Below are positions 37,814-47,808 of a DNA stretch of 64,000 nt, in pieces. The notes beneath the pieces are model-generated. The model did not search any database. It was not told the DNA's origin and was given only the letters and a program-made list of their open reading frames with translations. The DNA lies in the NCBI RefSeq assembly GCF_039542345.1, contig NZ_BAABHY010000006.1, positions 28,292-92,291 of the forward strand, read 5' to 3'. Position numbers and translations under genes: made by a program. How positions within the stretch are numbered: the stretch's first letter is position 1; each line of letters begins with the position of its first letter. Source of the DNA: Orbus sasakiae. GTDB lineage: Bacteria; Pseudomonadota; Gammaproteobacteria; Enterobacterales; Orbaceae.

Positions 37814-38794
37814 ATGAAAAAATCATATAAATTAAATAATTCTATTTCACAATACCCTGTTTTATTTTGGGGATTATTTCTACCTTATATCATAAGTATA
37901 ATTATTCTTACTATGACCAAAAGAGAAATGAATATTTATCCTTTTATCATCTCTTTTGCTATTGTCTGTATTGGACTAATGATTTATTATCGAATTTTTG
38001 CCAGTGACAAACAAAAGCAATTAACAATAAAATGGCTTAAGCTTGTATTTCTACTATCAAAAAACAATAAAAAAAAAGTATTACACCGAATATTATTTTT
38101 ATCTGGTTGGGGAGCGACATTTGGCTCTTTAGCCTTTCTTTCATTCCTGTTTAGATTTCACTGGATCGTTAGTCTCATTCTATTTTTATTACAAATCATC
38201 ATATCTATAATCATATTAGGAAATTATATAGGTAATAAAAGAATTGCGAACATGGCAGTAAAAATTCAAAGTGGAGTTATTTTGGGGGCAGTCTATATAC
38301 TACTAGATTTCATTAGTCAAAATTTAGGACGTAGTTTTGTAACTGAATTTATATCAGTCCCTCCTGAACAAATTCCAACTATAACTCAGGGATTATACTG
38401 GTTTAGCTTTATTTTAATAGCAAGTATATTTTTGCAATTGATCGCGATATTTTGGACAGATCTAGCAAAGAATCGAAAACTTTCATATAAATTACCATTT
38501 ATCACTTACTTTCTTGTTTTCATGAGCATTGCATTACCAAGTCAATTAATCATTTTCAATGGAGTTAGTATTATTGAAACATCAGTTGTTAAAACATACA
38601 TTGCAGACACAATGATTTATTTTAAATGTAATAATAAAATTATAAAAAACGTTCCTAATACTAGTGCCCGATATTTAAAAGTCGATGAACAAGAATTTCG
38701 AGTATTTTATTTTGAAGAAGATAAAAGTTCTATTCAATTAACAACACTACTTTGTGATGGTTCAAATTATATTGAGGAAAATATTCATAAATAA
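37814..38794 (+). CDS. Hypothetical polytopic membrane protein (very AT-rich)
   Basis: 326 aa with ~7 hydrophobic segments. Ile/Leu/Phe-rich. Confidence 0.5.
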   Translation: MKKSYKLNNSISQYPVLFWGLFLPYIISIIILTMTKREMNIYPFIISFAIVCIGLMIYYRIFASDKQKQLTIKWLKLVFLLSKNNKKKVLHRILFLSGWGATFGSLAFLSFLFRFHWIVSLILFLLQIIISIIILGNYIGNKRIANMAVKIQSGVILGAVYILLDFISQNLGRSFVTEFISVPPEQIPTITQGLYWFSFILIASIFLQLIAIFWTDLAKNRKLSYKLPFITYFLVFMSIALPSQLIIFNGVSIIETSVVKTYIADTMIYFKCNNKIIKNVPNTSARYLKVDEQEFRVFYFEEDKSSIQLTTLLCDGSNYIEENIHK

Positions 38795-39199
38795 AAGAAT
38801 AATAAGCCTTCATTTTGTAATCATGAATGCTGAAAATATTAATGACTGATATTAAGTATTCATGATTACAATTTAAATGTATATTTCAATCCTAAATTGT
38901 ATCAAAAATAGCTTTATTATTTGTTTTTATTGAATTTTTCTATTAAGTACGGTATAATAAAAGCATCAAAAAGTGATTTGATAAATTCAGTAAAATGACC
39001 ATTAGAGGAGTTATAAAATATGAAAAATAAAATAGAAAAAGCGAGAAAATTTTTAAATTTAAACTTGGTTAACCATTGCTTTAGCTTAGTGTTGATAAGT
39101 TCAACCACTAAGCTAAAGCAATGGTATTAAGTGTACCATATTTTGAGGGAAAAATCAACTAAACACTGTAAATTAAATCAGTATTATCGATAGTCTCAA

Positions 39200-39892
39200 T
39201 CACATTTGTTCTATTCGCTTTCTAACTTTTTTCTCTGGTATTTCCATTATTTTTGCGATACTTTCTATGGAAACTCCTTTATCTAGCAATACTTGAATCA
39301 TTGTTTGTTCAAGTTTCTCGCGTCGTTCTTTTTCAACTTTGGCTTTATCTTGAGCTGTTTTAGTCTTATCCTTTTCAATCGCCAACTTCTCTTTGGCGAT
39401 TTTCTTTTCTTCTTTGCGGATTTTTTCGATCACTTGGTAAGTGGGCACGTATTTTAGGCTTTGCTCGAGTTCGTCCATCAGGTTGATCGCACGAAAACTG
39501 ACATAGTGTTCTGGGGTGATAATCAGGTGGTCGACGAGTTCGATATTTAAAATGCGGCCGACTTGGATTAGGCGATCGGTGATGTCTTTGTCGGCAGGCG
39601 ATGGGGTGAGCGATCCGCCTGGGTGGTTGTGCACTAATATGACGCGTGAGGCGTTTTTCATCACGGCAACGCGAAATACATTCATTGGCTCAACATCGAC
39701 CGAGCGGTACGAACCTAGCGCAATCAGTTCAATGTACAAGATGTAACCGCCCTGGTTCATACCTATGATCCAAAGATGTTCCTTTTCTTGGTCGATTTTG
39801 TTTTCACGCAGTAACACGCGTTGCATAATGCTATACACATCTTGCATGCCTTCAATATTGCGTTTGTCATGCTTAGTCAGTTTAATATCCAT
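39200..39892 (-). CDS. RadC-like JAB/MPN domain protein with a Lys/Glu-rich coiled-coil C-terminal extension
   Basis: JAMM motif 'HNHPGGSLTPSPADKDIT'. AAGGTGA RBS before ATG 39892. C-terminal 'KIRKEEKKIAKEKLAIEKDKTKTAQDKAKVEKERREKLEQ'. Confidence 0.7.
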   Translation of the reverse strand: MDIKLTKHDKRNIEGMQDVYSIMQRVLLRENKIDQEKEHLWIIGMNQGGYILYIELIALGSYRSVDVEPMNVFRVAVMKNASRVILVHNHPGGSLTPSPADKDITDRLIQVGRILNIELVDHLIITPEHYVSFRAINLMDELEQSLKYVPTYQVIEKIRKEEKKIAKEKLAIEKDKTKTAQDKAKVEKERREKLEQTMIQVLLDKGVSIESIAKIMEIPEKKVRKRIEQM

Positions 39893-40258
39893 CGTATCAC
39901 CTTGTAACATCACCCGAAAATACTATAGCATATTCCGCCAGTGCTTGGCAGTAGTTAATGAAACCGATAATGCTAGACGCGTCGCAACATCGTTTATTTT
40001 ATCTCTTCTGTTTTGCAAATTTTATCAGTGAACGCTACCCATTTAAATCAAACTCTGCGCCGATATTGAACATCAAAGTACCGTATTTTATCTTTTCATA
40101 GTCTGCTTTGCATGGTTTGCTTAGCTACATCAAGTTCCAGCAAATTCTGCTGTGATGCATAAACCATTTTATGTTGAATTAGATTCTGATTTATAATAAA
40201 AGAGTTAAATTTTAGTCTATTTGGTTGTTTGGTATATTTAATCAATAGGGGATGTGTT

Positions 40259-40483
40259 ATGAAGCATAAAACCGGTATTTTTGCCATTGGATTATTTGTT
40301 GTTTTAGGTGTGCTGTGGCTTTTTTTGAATGGGTCAAGTCAACATATGGAAAAATCAAACCAATTTAGTTTGAGTGAAATAAAATATGATGATTCCACTT
40401 ACCGCTATGTTAAAGAAAAGTGTGATAGCGGCTTTTTTGAATATAATAGTGAAAATTGTATTAATCTTAGACAAGCAAGATAG
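40259..40483 (+). CDS. Small exported/membrane protein (74 aa)
   Basis: AGGGGA RBS. N-terminal hydrophobic segment. Confidence 0.35.
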   Translation: MKHKTGIFAIGLFVVLGVLWLFLNGSSQHMEKSNQFSLSEIKYDDSTYRYVKEKCDSGFFEYNSENCINLRQAR

Positions 40484-40614
40484 CGGCTTGATTGCAGGTA
40501 GCCTTTACTTAAAAGGTATCTTAACTCGATTGATGATGAGGATAAATCATGAGTATGATGTTTTCTAAACGACGTAACGATGTCAATATTGGTCATAAAG
40601 TGCATGTTGGTAAA

Positions 40615-41004
40615 ATGAAAATGATGGTACTAGCTAGTGTCATGGGCTTGCTCGTGGGGTGTGTTAGTGAAGCGGGTTATCAACGAAAATTAGACCGTTC
40701 TGTTGGCATGACTAAGCAAGAGTTGATTAGTGAATGGGGCGAGCCGTTAACCGTATTTGAACATGATGAATTAATAATTAAAGGTAAAGTTGTTCGAAAA
40801 GCAGAGACGGTCATTTCTTTTTATAAGGTTATGTTTGTTGATAATCCAGGAAAAGTGACGGTTAATCAAATTAATGATAATACGATAACCTATGACATCA
40901 AACCACAAACTAAAACAAAGTATTCATGTTCAACAAAATTTTGGCTTGAAAAAGATCGTGTGGTTAGCTACAAACATGAAGGCAATAATTGTGTTGCTTA
41001 CTAG
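40615..41004 (+). CDS. Putative lipoprotein
   Basis: Signal peptide 'MKMMVLASVMGLLVGC' (lipobox). Confidence 0.5.
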   Translation: MKMMVLASVMGLLVGCVSEAGYQRKLDRSVGMTKQELISEWGEPLTVFEHDELIIKGKVVRKAETVISFYKVMFVDNPGKVTVNQINDNTITYDIKPQTKTKYSCSTKFWLEKDRVVSYKHEGNNCVAY

Positions 41005-41007
41005 TGA

Positions 41008-41577
41008 TTATCCCCTTCGCCAGATTGTCACATCACTTGATGTGGCAATGGCAATAAATTCGCCATGCCATGAAAACCCAAAGCAACGCACATCGTCAGA
41101 AAAAATACGATAACAGTCCGTTTGGTGACGTTCACTGAAAATAGATTTACCCGCTGGGCAAAAGTAAATATCATTCACAGGCCAATGTAAAGAGACTAAC
41201 TCAAGGCTTTCGCCATATTGATTACACGTCGGTAATCCCCCACCGTGCAAACCCGCAATCAAAAGTGTTTCATCTGCGATGGGGCCAATTCCCTGGCAAG
41301 TTAAGTTGATAGGATTATACCAATCACCATCTTCTTCATAATCACGCGCTACTTTTTCACCATTGATACAGTTGATTAGACTACGTCCACTACTTGAAAT
41401 AATTAATAATTGATGATTCACTTTAGAAAAACCGATTTCCAGCAAACCGCCAACAGCAAGGGTTGTCACTGTCTTCCAGCCGAGTGGCTGATCTTTATTT
41501 GCTATTTTATTTAATAACGTTGCTAAACGCTGACGATTGTCACTGTGTATTTTAGCCAGTTCCATGATTAATCTCAT
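41008..41577 (-). CDS. Hypothetical protein
   Basis: 189 aa ORF. No motif recognised. Confidence 0.5.
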   Translation of the reverse strand: MRLIMELAKIHSDNRQRLATLLNKIANKDQPLGWKTVTTLAVGGLLEIGFSKVNHQLLIISSSGRSLINCINGEKVARDYEEDGDWYNPINLTCQGIGPIADETLLIAGLHGGGLPTCNQYGESLELVSLHWPVNDIYFCPAGKSIFSERHQTDCYRIFSDDVRCFGFSWHGEFIAIATSSDVTIWRRG

Positions 41578-41953
41578 CTTAGGTGTAAAATAAAAACCAT
41601 AGCCAAAAAATTAACATCAATATGATAAGGTTAATGTCGAGATTTTATTTTTTGGCTTATCTCGAACTATAATCCTAACATTAACACGATAAAAAAACGA
41701 TTATTGAGAATGGAAAAGAGAATAAAACAAAATATCCCCTAAAATGAATCTCATAAAATATGAGATGAATGAATTCAATAAGAGTATACCGTTAGAAAAA
41801 GTTTATAGCATAGGGCTATAGAACGATAAAGGATATGTAAAATCAAATAATTATAAATTTTTTAAATTAAGAAAAATTAATAATTACTTAATGTTTTTTT
41901 GATTAAATAACACCTATCAAAACGAGACGTTAATTTAAGACAAGGAACTTATT

Positions 41954-42346
41954 ATGAAAAAACTGATCCCTTTATTTTTAATTACAACCTTAGGTTTTAC
42001 AGGTAGTGCCTTCGCTGAAGGCTTTAATAATGGCATCAATCAACCTGTAAACAGCGGTTTTACTGGCGGTGTTCAAAATATTACGGCCGCTGCACAAGCT
42101 AAACAAATGCATGACGATTCATGGGTGACTTTACAAGGTAATATTGTTCAGCGTTTGGGTGATAAAATGTATCTGTTTAGAGATAGTAGCGGTGATATCA
42201 ATGTTAAAATTAAAGATAAATTATGGCAAGGCCGCTCGATAACGCCAAATGATACGATCCAAATAACGGGTGAAGTTGATACTCATCGATACAAACCAAC
42301 TGATATCGAAGTTAAAAACCTTCAAGTCATTTCAGTTGCAAAATAA
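41954..42346 (+). CDS. YgiW/YdeI (BOF) family periplasmic OB-fold stress protein
   Basis: Signal peptide plus 'VTLQGNIVQRLGDKMYLFRDSSGDINVKI...ITGEVD'. Confidence 0.75.
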   Translation: MKKLIPLFLITTLGFTGSAFAEGFNNGINQPVNSGFTGGVQNITAAAQAKQMHDDSWVTLQGNIVQRLGDKMYLFRDSSGDINVKIKDKLWQGRSITPNDTIQITGEVDTHRYKPTDIEVKNLQVISVAK

Positions 42347-42435
42347 TTTGTGTGATCTATCGGGATCGTTTGAATATCGCGATTCCTAAATCGCATGAGT
42401 ATCTTTAATTTGCCCTTTATCTCCTATCTTTTCCT

Positions 42436-42702
42436 ATGCGCTTAGATGAATGCAAAAAAGCAGCAATAGCGTTAACGAATGAACATCCTCAAAAAGACAA
42501 ACACCATCCGTGTGAATATTGTGAGGCGTTAGAATTTTGTGAATGTTTCAAGGGCTGTGACGTTTCAAAAGCATTACCTTGCGACTGTGACTGTGATTTT
42601 AGTATCAGAAGTAAGTCTAAAAAACGCAATATGTTCTCTTTTTCGCCCTTTTTTATATTCATATGGTTATATAAAAGGCTGCGAATTAAACAGCGTCAAT
42701 AA
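42436..42702 (+). CDS. Small Cys-rich protein (possible metal-binding), uncertain
   Basis: 'CEYCEALEFCECFKGCD...CDCDCDF'. Confidence 0.3.
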   Translation: MRLDECKKAAIALTNEHPQKDKHHPCEYCEALEFCECFKGCDVSKALPCDCDCDFSIRSKSKKRNMFSFSPFFIFIWLYKRLRIKQRQ

Positions 42703-42978
42703 TGGTCATTATGCCTAGCTTGTTGACCATTTATACGAGGTATAGCCACGATTTGATAACAAAAATAGTATAAAAAATGATTTACAATATTTAAATATAC
42801 CCCTATCATGCGTGCCACTATTAACTGCAAAGGAGAATTTATTATGATTTGTTTACATCACCTTTGCAGGCTAATTGCAGAATAATTTGATATCTCATCC
42901 TTTCAATTTTCGATTCAATTCGCTTTTCTGATTTAGCCTGCCAATCTAAAAACATTTTTATTTTTAATTATTCAATTA

Positions 42979-44079
42979 ATGGATTGGTATATGGACAATT
43001 CTATACAGATGTTGTCAGAGAAGGTTTCTTTGGTGGCATCAAAAAACACCTGGATCGATGGGCTTGCCATCGAACAGTTATTCACGACTGCAAATTTGCC
43101 GGATATGGTAAAAGTGGTCGGTATGCCCGATTTACATCCGGGGCAAGGTTACCCAATTGGAGCGGCTTATTTTTCCGCTGATTTAATTTATCCGTCTTTA
43201 ATTGGCAGCGATATTGGTTGTGGTATGGCTTTATGGCAAACCGAGATCCCACTGGCCAAATTAAGTATTGATAAGTTAGAGCGCCGCATTGGTAATATTG
43301 ATCAGCCAATAACGCGCGGGAAATACAATTTGGGTACAATTGGGGGCGGTAATCATTTTGCTGAGTTACAAAAAGTCAGTGAAATCTATGATCACGATTT
43401 GTTTGCACAATACCAACTGAGTAACAAAAATCTGTTTTTATTGGTGCATTCCGGTTCTCGCGGGCTGGGGCATGCGATTTTACAGCAACATGTTGCCAAG
43501 TTTGGCGAAAAGGGGCTAGCGCAAGCCAGTCCGGAAGCACAAACGTATCTAGAGAAGCATAACAATGCATTGGATTTTGCTCATTATAATCGGCAAACGG
43601 TGGCGGAGCGATTATTTGATAATCTCAATACCACCGGCCGTGAGATTTTAAATGTGCATCATAACTTTTTAGAACGAGTGAATGATGAGGGGCAGCAAGG
43701 TTGGTTACATCGCAAAGGTGCGTCACCGGCGACAGCCGGATTAGTGATTATCCCCGGTTCACGCGGTGATTATAGCTATTTGGTTAACCCGATCGCCAAT
43801 GCCGATTTGTTATCTTCGCTTGCCCATGGCGCGGGCCGCAAGTGGCGACGCGCCGATTGCAAAGCAAAATTGGAAAATCGTTACTCGACTGATCAAATGC
43901 TGCGCACTAAGCTCGGTGGTCGCATCATTTGTGAGGATCGTGATCTGGTTTATGAGGAAGCGCCACAAGCTTATAAATCGATCGACAGTGTGATTGAATC
44001 GATGCAGCAAGCGGGTTTAATCCAAATCGTTGCACAATTAACGCCGGTACTGACCTATAAAACGCAAGGAGGTGACTAA
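42979..44079 (+). CDS. RtcB-family RNA ligase paralog paired with PrfH (RtcB2)
   Basis: 'MPDLHPGQGYPIGAAYF...GSDIGCGM...GGGNHFAE...HSGSRGLG...HNF' are RtcB catalytic motifs. The stop overlaps the prfH start. Confidence 0.8.
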   Translation: MDWYMDNSIQMLSEKVSLVASKNTWIDGLAIEQLFTTANLPDMVKVVGMPDLHPGQGYPIGAAYFSADLIYPSLIGSDIGCGMALWQTEIPLAKLSIDKLERRIGNIDQPITRGKYNLGTIGGGNHFAELQKVSEIYDHDLFAQYQLSNKNLFLLVHSGSRGLGHAILQQHVAKFGEKGLAQASPEAQTYLEKHNNALDFAHYNRQTVAERLFDNLNTTGREILNVHHNFLERVNDEGQQGWLHRKGASPATAGLVIIPGSRGDYSYLVNPIANADLLSSLAHGAGRKWRRADCKAKLENRYSTDQMLRTKLGGRIICEDRDLVYEEAPQAYKSIDSVIESMQQAGLIQIVAQLTPVLTYKTQGGD

Positions 44080-44702
44080 TGTTACTCTTTCAGTTTTCTG
44101 CGGCGAAAGGCCCAGATGAGTGTTGTTTAGCAGTAGCAAAAGCACTGAAACGATTTTTACAAGACGCGATAAAGTACAGCCTTGAAGTGGACATCTTAGC
44201 GTCGCAATCCGGCGATAAGCAAGATACGCTGCATTCTGTGCTGCTTTCGATTAAGGGTGAACATACTGAGTTATTAACTAACCGCTGGCAAGGTTCGATT
44301 CAATGGGTGTGCCAAAGCCCTTATCGACCGAGCCATAAACGTAAAAACTGGTATATTGGTGCGATGTGCTTACCGGATTTACAACCGATAGGTGAGAGTG
44401 AAATTCAGTTTACCACCACAAAATCATCGGGAGCCGGTGGACAGCATGTTAATAAAACCGAGTCAGCAGTTAGGGCTACGCATATGGCAACAGGGATTTC
44501 AGTTAAAGTGCAATCACAGCGTAGCCAGCATGCCAATAAACGATTGGCGGCAATATTGTTGGCGCATAAGTTAGCTGACTTGAATGACAACCACTATCAG
44601 CAACATAAAGCGGCAAGGCACCAATTTCATCAGCAGATTGAGCGAGGAAGCGCTAAGTTAGTATTTTATGGCGATCAGTTTGTTGAAAAAGAGTGCCAAT
44701 GA
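44079..44702 (+). CDS. prfH: Peptide chain release factor H (class I RF homolog with GGQ)
   Basis: 'SSGAGGQHVNKTESAVRATH'. 207 aa. Coupled to the RtcB paralog. Confidence 0.8.
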   Translation: MLLFQFSAAKGPDECCLAVAKALKRFLQDAIKYSLEVDILASQSGDKQDTLHSVLLSIKGEHTELLTNRWQGSIQWVCQSPYRPSHKRKNWYIGAMCLPDLQPIGESEIQFTTTKSSGAGGQHVNKTESAVRATHMATGISVKVQSQRSQHANKRLAAILLAHKLADLNDNHYQQHKAARHQFHQQIERGSAKLVFYGDQFVEKECQ

Positions 44703-44720
44703 GTAAATCGTCATTATTCG

Positions 44721-44752
44721 CAGCACAAGTATTATCTTGTGCTGTTTATGTT
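44721..44752 (+). terminator. Putative rho-independent terminator after prfH
   Basis: agcacaag...cttgtgct followed by gTTTaTgTT. Confidence 0.4.
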
Positions 44753-44865
44753 ATTAAGTCATAAACATAATCCAACGTTTGCGTTTCACTCCCCTATATC
44801 GTACATATCCGCTAATTATCCATTGCAATCATCAAATAATCATGACGTTTGTTTTCTAAGTCGGG

Positions 44866-45873
44866 CTACCAACTGCGTTTGATCTGTAAGCCAATCACAA
44901 AAATTCCGCCGATACCTGCGGTGATGACGCCAATCGGTAACTCTTGATTTTCAATCACCGTTCGGCTAATGATATCGCCGATACATAACAGTAGTGCACC
45001 AAATAGGGCCGATAACGGGATTAATAAACGGTGTTTGACACCGACAAAAAAGCGGGCAACATGGGGGACTAATAATCCCACAAAGCCAATCACGCCGGTA
45101 ATTGAAACCAAACAGGATGTTGCTAATGCACAACAAAGGAACGTCTCAATCCTTAATCTTGCAACATGAATACCTAATGAGATTGCGGTCTGCTCTCCAG
45201 CAAGGAGTCCATCGAGCCATTGCCAGCGTTTGATCACAAAACCACTTAATAAACCAAAACTCATCAGTGGAATAAGTAAATTATCCCATCGAGCAAGGCC
45301 AAGTCCGCCCAGTGACCAAAATATAACGGAGCTCGCTGCTCGCTGATCGCCTGAAAAAATAAAATAGCTGGTTAATGCACTAAAAAGAAATGATACAGAT
45401 AGGCCACACACGATTAGGTGTTCAGAACGGTGTGATTTGCTCATATAAAACAGCATTAAAACCACTATCGCAGATAAAATACCCCCACTGAACGCCGCGA
45501 GTGGTAAGGTGAATTCACCAAAATGGTTTCCAAAACGGGTGATCACAAAAACAGCACCGGCAGATGCGCCAGAAGAGAGGCCAAACAAGAAAGGATCGGC
45601 AAGTTCATTTTTGGTTGTTGTTTGCAGTAAGGTACCAACGATAGCTAGGCTTGCCCCGCAAAGTAGGGCGAGTAGCGCGCGAGGGATGCGTAAGTCGATA
45701 ATAATGATTTTAAGCATTTCAGGGATCGGTTTAGAGGTAAACCCCAAGGCGGATAACACTTGATCATAAGTGATTAACACATTGCCTTGCATGATCCCCC
45801 AAAACATTAATCCTAACAGCAACAAAACTAACGCGATAAAAAATAGCATAAAACGGCGTATTGAGTGGCGCAT
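44866..45873 (-). CDS. Iron-siderophore/cobalamin ABC transporter permease (FecCD family)
   Basis: 335 aa with ~9 TM segments. FecCD-like conserved glycine-rich segments. Confidence 0.85.
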   Translation of the reverse strand: MRHSIRRFMLFFIALVLLLLGLMFWGIMQGNVLITYDQVLSALGFTSKPIPEMLKIIIIDLRIPRALLALLCGASLAIVGTLLQTTTKNELADPFLFGLSSGASAGAVFVITRFGNHFGEFTLPLAAFSGGILSAIVVLMLFYMSKSHRSEHLIVCGLSVSFLFSALTSYFIFSGDQRAASSVIFWSLGGLGLARWDNLLIPLMSFGLLSGFVIKRWQWLDGLLAGEQTAISLGIHVARLRIETFLCCALATSCLVSITGVIGFVGLLVPHVARFFVGVKHRLLIPLSALFGALLLCIGDIISRTVIENQELPIGVITAGIGGIFVIGLQIKRSW

Positions 45874-45876
45874 GCT

Positions 45877-46827
45877 TTAGTCCTTTAAATATAAAGCATT
45901 GGCGAGTTTTTCAATCGCTTTTATATTTGCTGGACCCGGTGTTAATTCTGCATATTGAAGTTTTAGATATCGATGATTCCTCACTGCGGGGGTTAATTTC
46001 ATTAAAGGGTGTGATTCAAGAAAAGCCTGTAAATGGTTGGCACTTAAACCGTCTTGATAATCCAACAAAATAATAAAATCAGGTTCAGCCATCGAGACTG
46101 ATTCCCATGTGGTGGTTGTCCAACTGGCCTCAAGTGAGTCCATAATATTTCGGGCACCGGCGGCTTCAATTATGGCTGTCGGCATAGCATATTTACCGCT
46201 GGTAAACGGTTTATCTTCCCCTGAATCATAGACAAATACCTTTATTTTATCGGATGGATTGGCTGATTGAGGCAACACAGAGAGTTGGTTTTTCCATTCA
46301 TTCACAAGTGTTAAGGCTTCGTGTTCTTTATTGAATATTTTACCGAGCGTGACCATGTCGTGATAGAGTAAACCCATACTGGCTTTATTGGTGTTGTGAT
46401 TCACTACTGCGCAGCTTTCACTTAAAACTAAGGTTGGTATTCCATATTGCCGTAATTTGCTCGGTGTCACCTCACCACCAACGGTCATGCCATAATTCCA
46501 GCCAGCAAAGAAAAAATCCGGATTGGCGCTGAGTATGGTTTCTAATGATGGGTATTTGGGTGCAAGTTCGGGAATGTTGCCCATTTTTTGTTGAAATTCA
46601 GGCGTCATTTTATACCAACCACTTATCCCAGTCAGTCCAACAATACGATCTTGCAGATTTAAGGCAAACGCCATTTCAGCCATATTGATATCATGAATAA
46701 TGGCTCTTTGTGGCGGGTGTTCAAAATAGAGCGGTTGGCCGCAGTTCTCGACGGTTATAGGCGACCCAGCGCTGTAGTGAGAAAAAAAGAGTAAAAGGCT
46801 AAATATAAATAGGCTTGTTTTTTTCAT
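45877..46827 (-). CDS. ABC transporter periplasmic substrate-binding protein (iron-siderophore type)
   Basis: Signal peptide. 316 aa. Lies in an operon between the permease and ATPase genes. Confidence 0.8.
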   Translation of the reverse strand: MKKTSLFIFSLLLFFSHYSAGSPITVENCGQPLYFEHPPQRAIIHDINMAEMAFALNLQDRIVGLTGISGWYKMTPEFQQKMGNIPELAPKYPSLETILSANPDFFFAGWNYGMTVGGEVTPSKLRQYGIPTLVLSESCAVVNHNTNKASMGLLYHDMVTLGKIFNKEHEALTLVNEWKNQLSVLPQSANPSDKIKVFVYDSGEDKPFTSGKYAMPTAIIEAAGARNIMDSLEASWTTTTWESVSMAEPDFIILLDYQDGLSANHLQAFLESHPLMKLTPAVRNHRYLKLQYAELTPGPANIKAIEKLANALYLKD

Positions 46828-46844
46828 GTGGCATTTACCTTACG

Positions 46845-47630
46845 TTATATCTGGATTGGTGTGTCAAAAATCTTCATTGCTTTACCTGTTTTGGGATGGG
46901 CTACCGAGTAGCATTCCAGTCCGAACAGCGGGAATATTATTTCACTTTGTAGTACCTTATCAGGGCTATCGAAAATGATTTGATGACCTTCATTCAACAT
47001 GAGCACTTTATTGGCAAAGGACGCGGCAAGTTGTAAATCATGTAAAACCGCAATGATCGTGGTATCTTGTTTTTTTACTAAGGATAACAGTTCGCTACGT
47101 GCCAGTGGGTCAAGGTGATTCGTCGGTTCATCTAATAATAAAAGATGCGGTTTTTGTGATAAAGCCCGCGCTAATGCGGCGCGTTGCCTTTGCCCTCCCG
47201 AGAGTTTTTCTAAGGGGACATGTTTAATTTTACTTAACCCTAAATCTTGAATCGATTGCGTGATGATATGTTTGTCTTTGCTATTTACGACATGTGGCAA
47301 TAATCCTAAAGCAACATATTCTTCTAATGTTAAACGTAAATCGGGGACATCAATTTGTGACAGTAAAGCAATTTGCTTAGCTCGCTCTTTGGCCGGTATG
47401 GATTCAATCGGATTTTGTTTAAAATAGATTCGGCCTTGAGTATGTTTTAACTCCCGAATGATGGTACGTAATAGTGTCGATTTGCCACAACCATTAGGGC
47501 CGATTATCGCAATGCGATCGCCATCATTGACCGTAAAGTTAATGTTATTCAGCAATTTGATGTTCTTATTATTAAGATATACGCCCTCAAAGCTTAATAC
47601 AGTTTGTTTTCTTTCCATGGTGATCATCAT
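46845..47630 (-). CDS. ABC transporter ATP-binding protein (FepC/FecE-like); start codon uncertain
   Basis: Walker A 'GPNGCGKST', signature 'LSGGQRQR', Walker B 'LLLLDEPT'. Confidence 0.85.
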   Translation of the reverse strand: MMITMERKQTVLSFEGVYLNNKNIKLLNNINFTVNDGDRIAIIGPNGCGKSTLLRTIIRELKHTQGRIYFKQNPIESIPAKERAKQIALLSQIDVPDLRLTLEEYVALGLLPHVVNSKDKHIITQSIQDLGLSKIKHVPLEKLSGGQRQRAALARALSQKPHLLLLDEPTNHLDPLARSELLSLVKKQDTTIIAVLHDLQLAASFANKVLMLNEGHQIIFDSPDKVLQSEIIFPLFGLECYSVAHPKTGKAMKIFDTPIQI

Positions 47631-47808
47631 TGCTGAATTAATGTTATGTTATAACGTAACATTGTTTAATGGGAGGGTCAATACAAAGGCAAAAAAGAGC
47701 GAAAATTAGCCCGGTTGATTCCGTGCAGCATTGCTTGCTTTTGCAGTATCGTTAAACGGCTAACCGATACTGCAAATGCGTACTATTTGTGACGTTAGAT
47801 GAGATGAG

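Noticed and set aside
38917-39108. 63-aa minus-strand ORF with a hydrophobic stretch
   Set aside because: No RBS and an extremely AT-rich context. There is insufficient support beyond ORF length.
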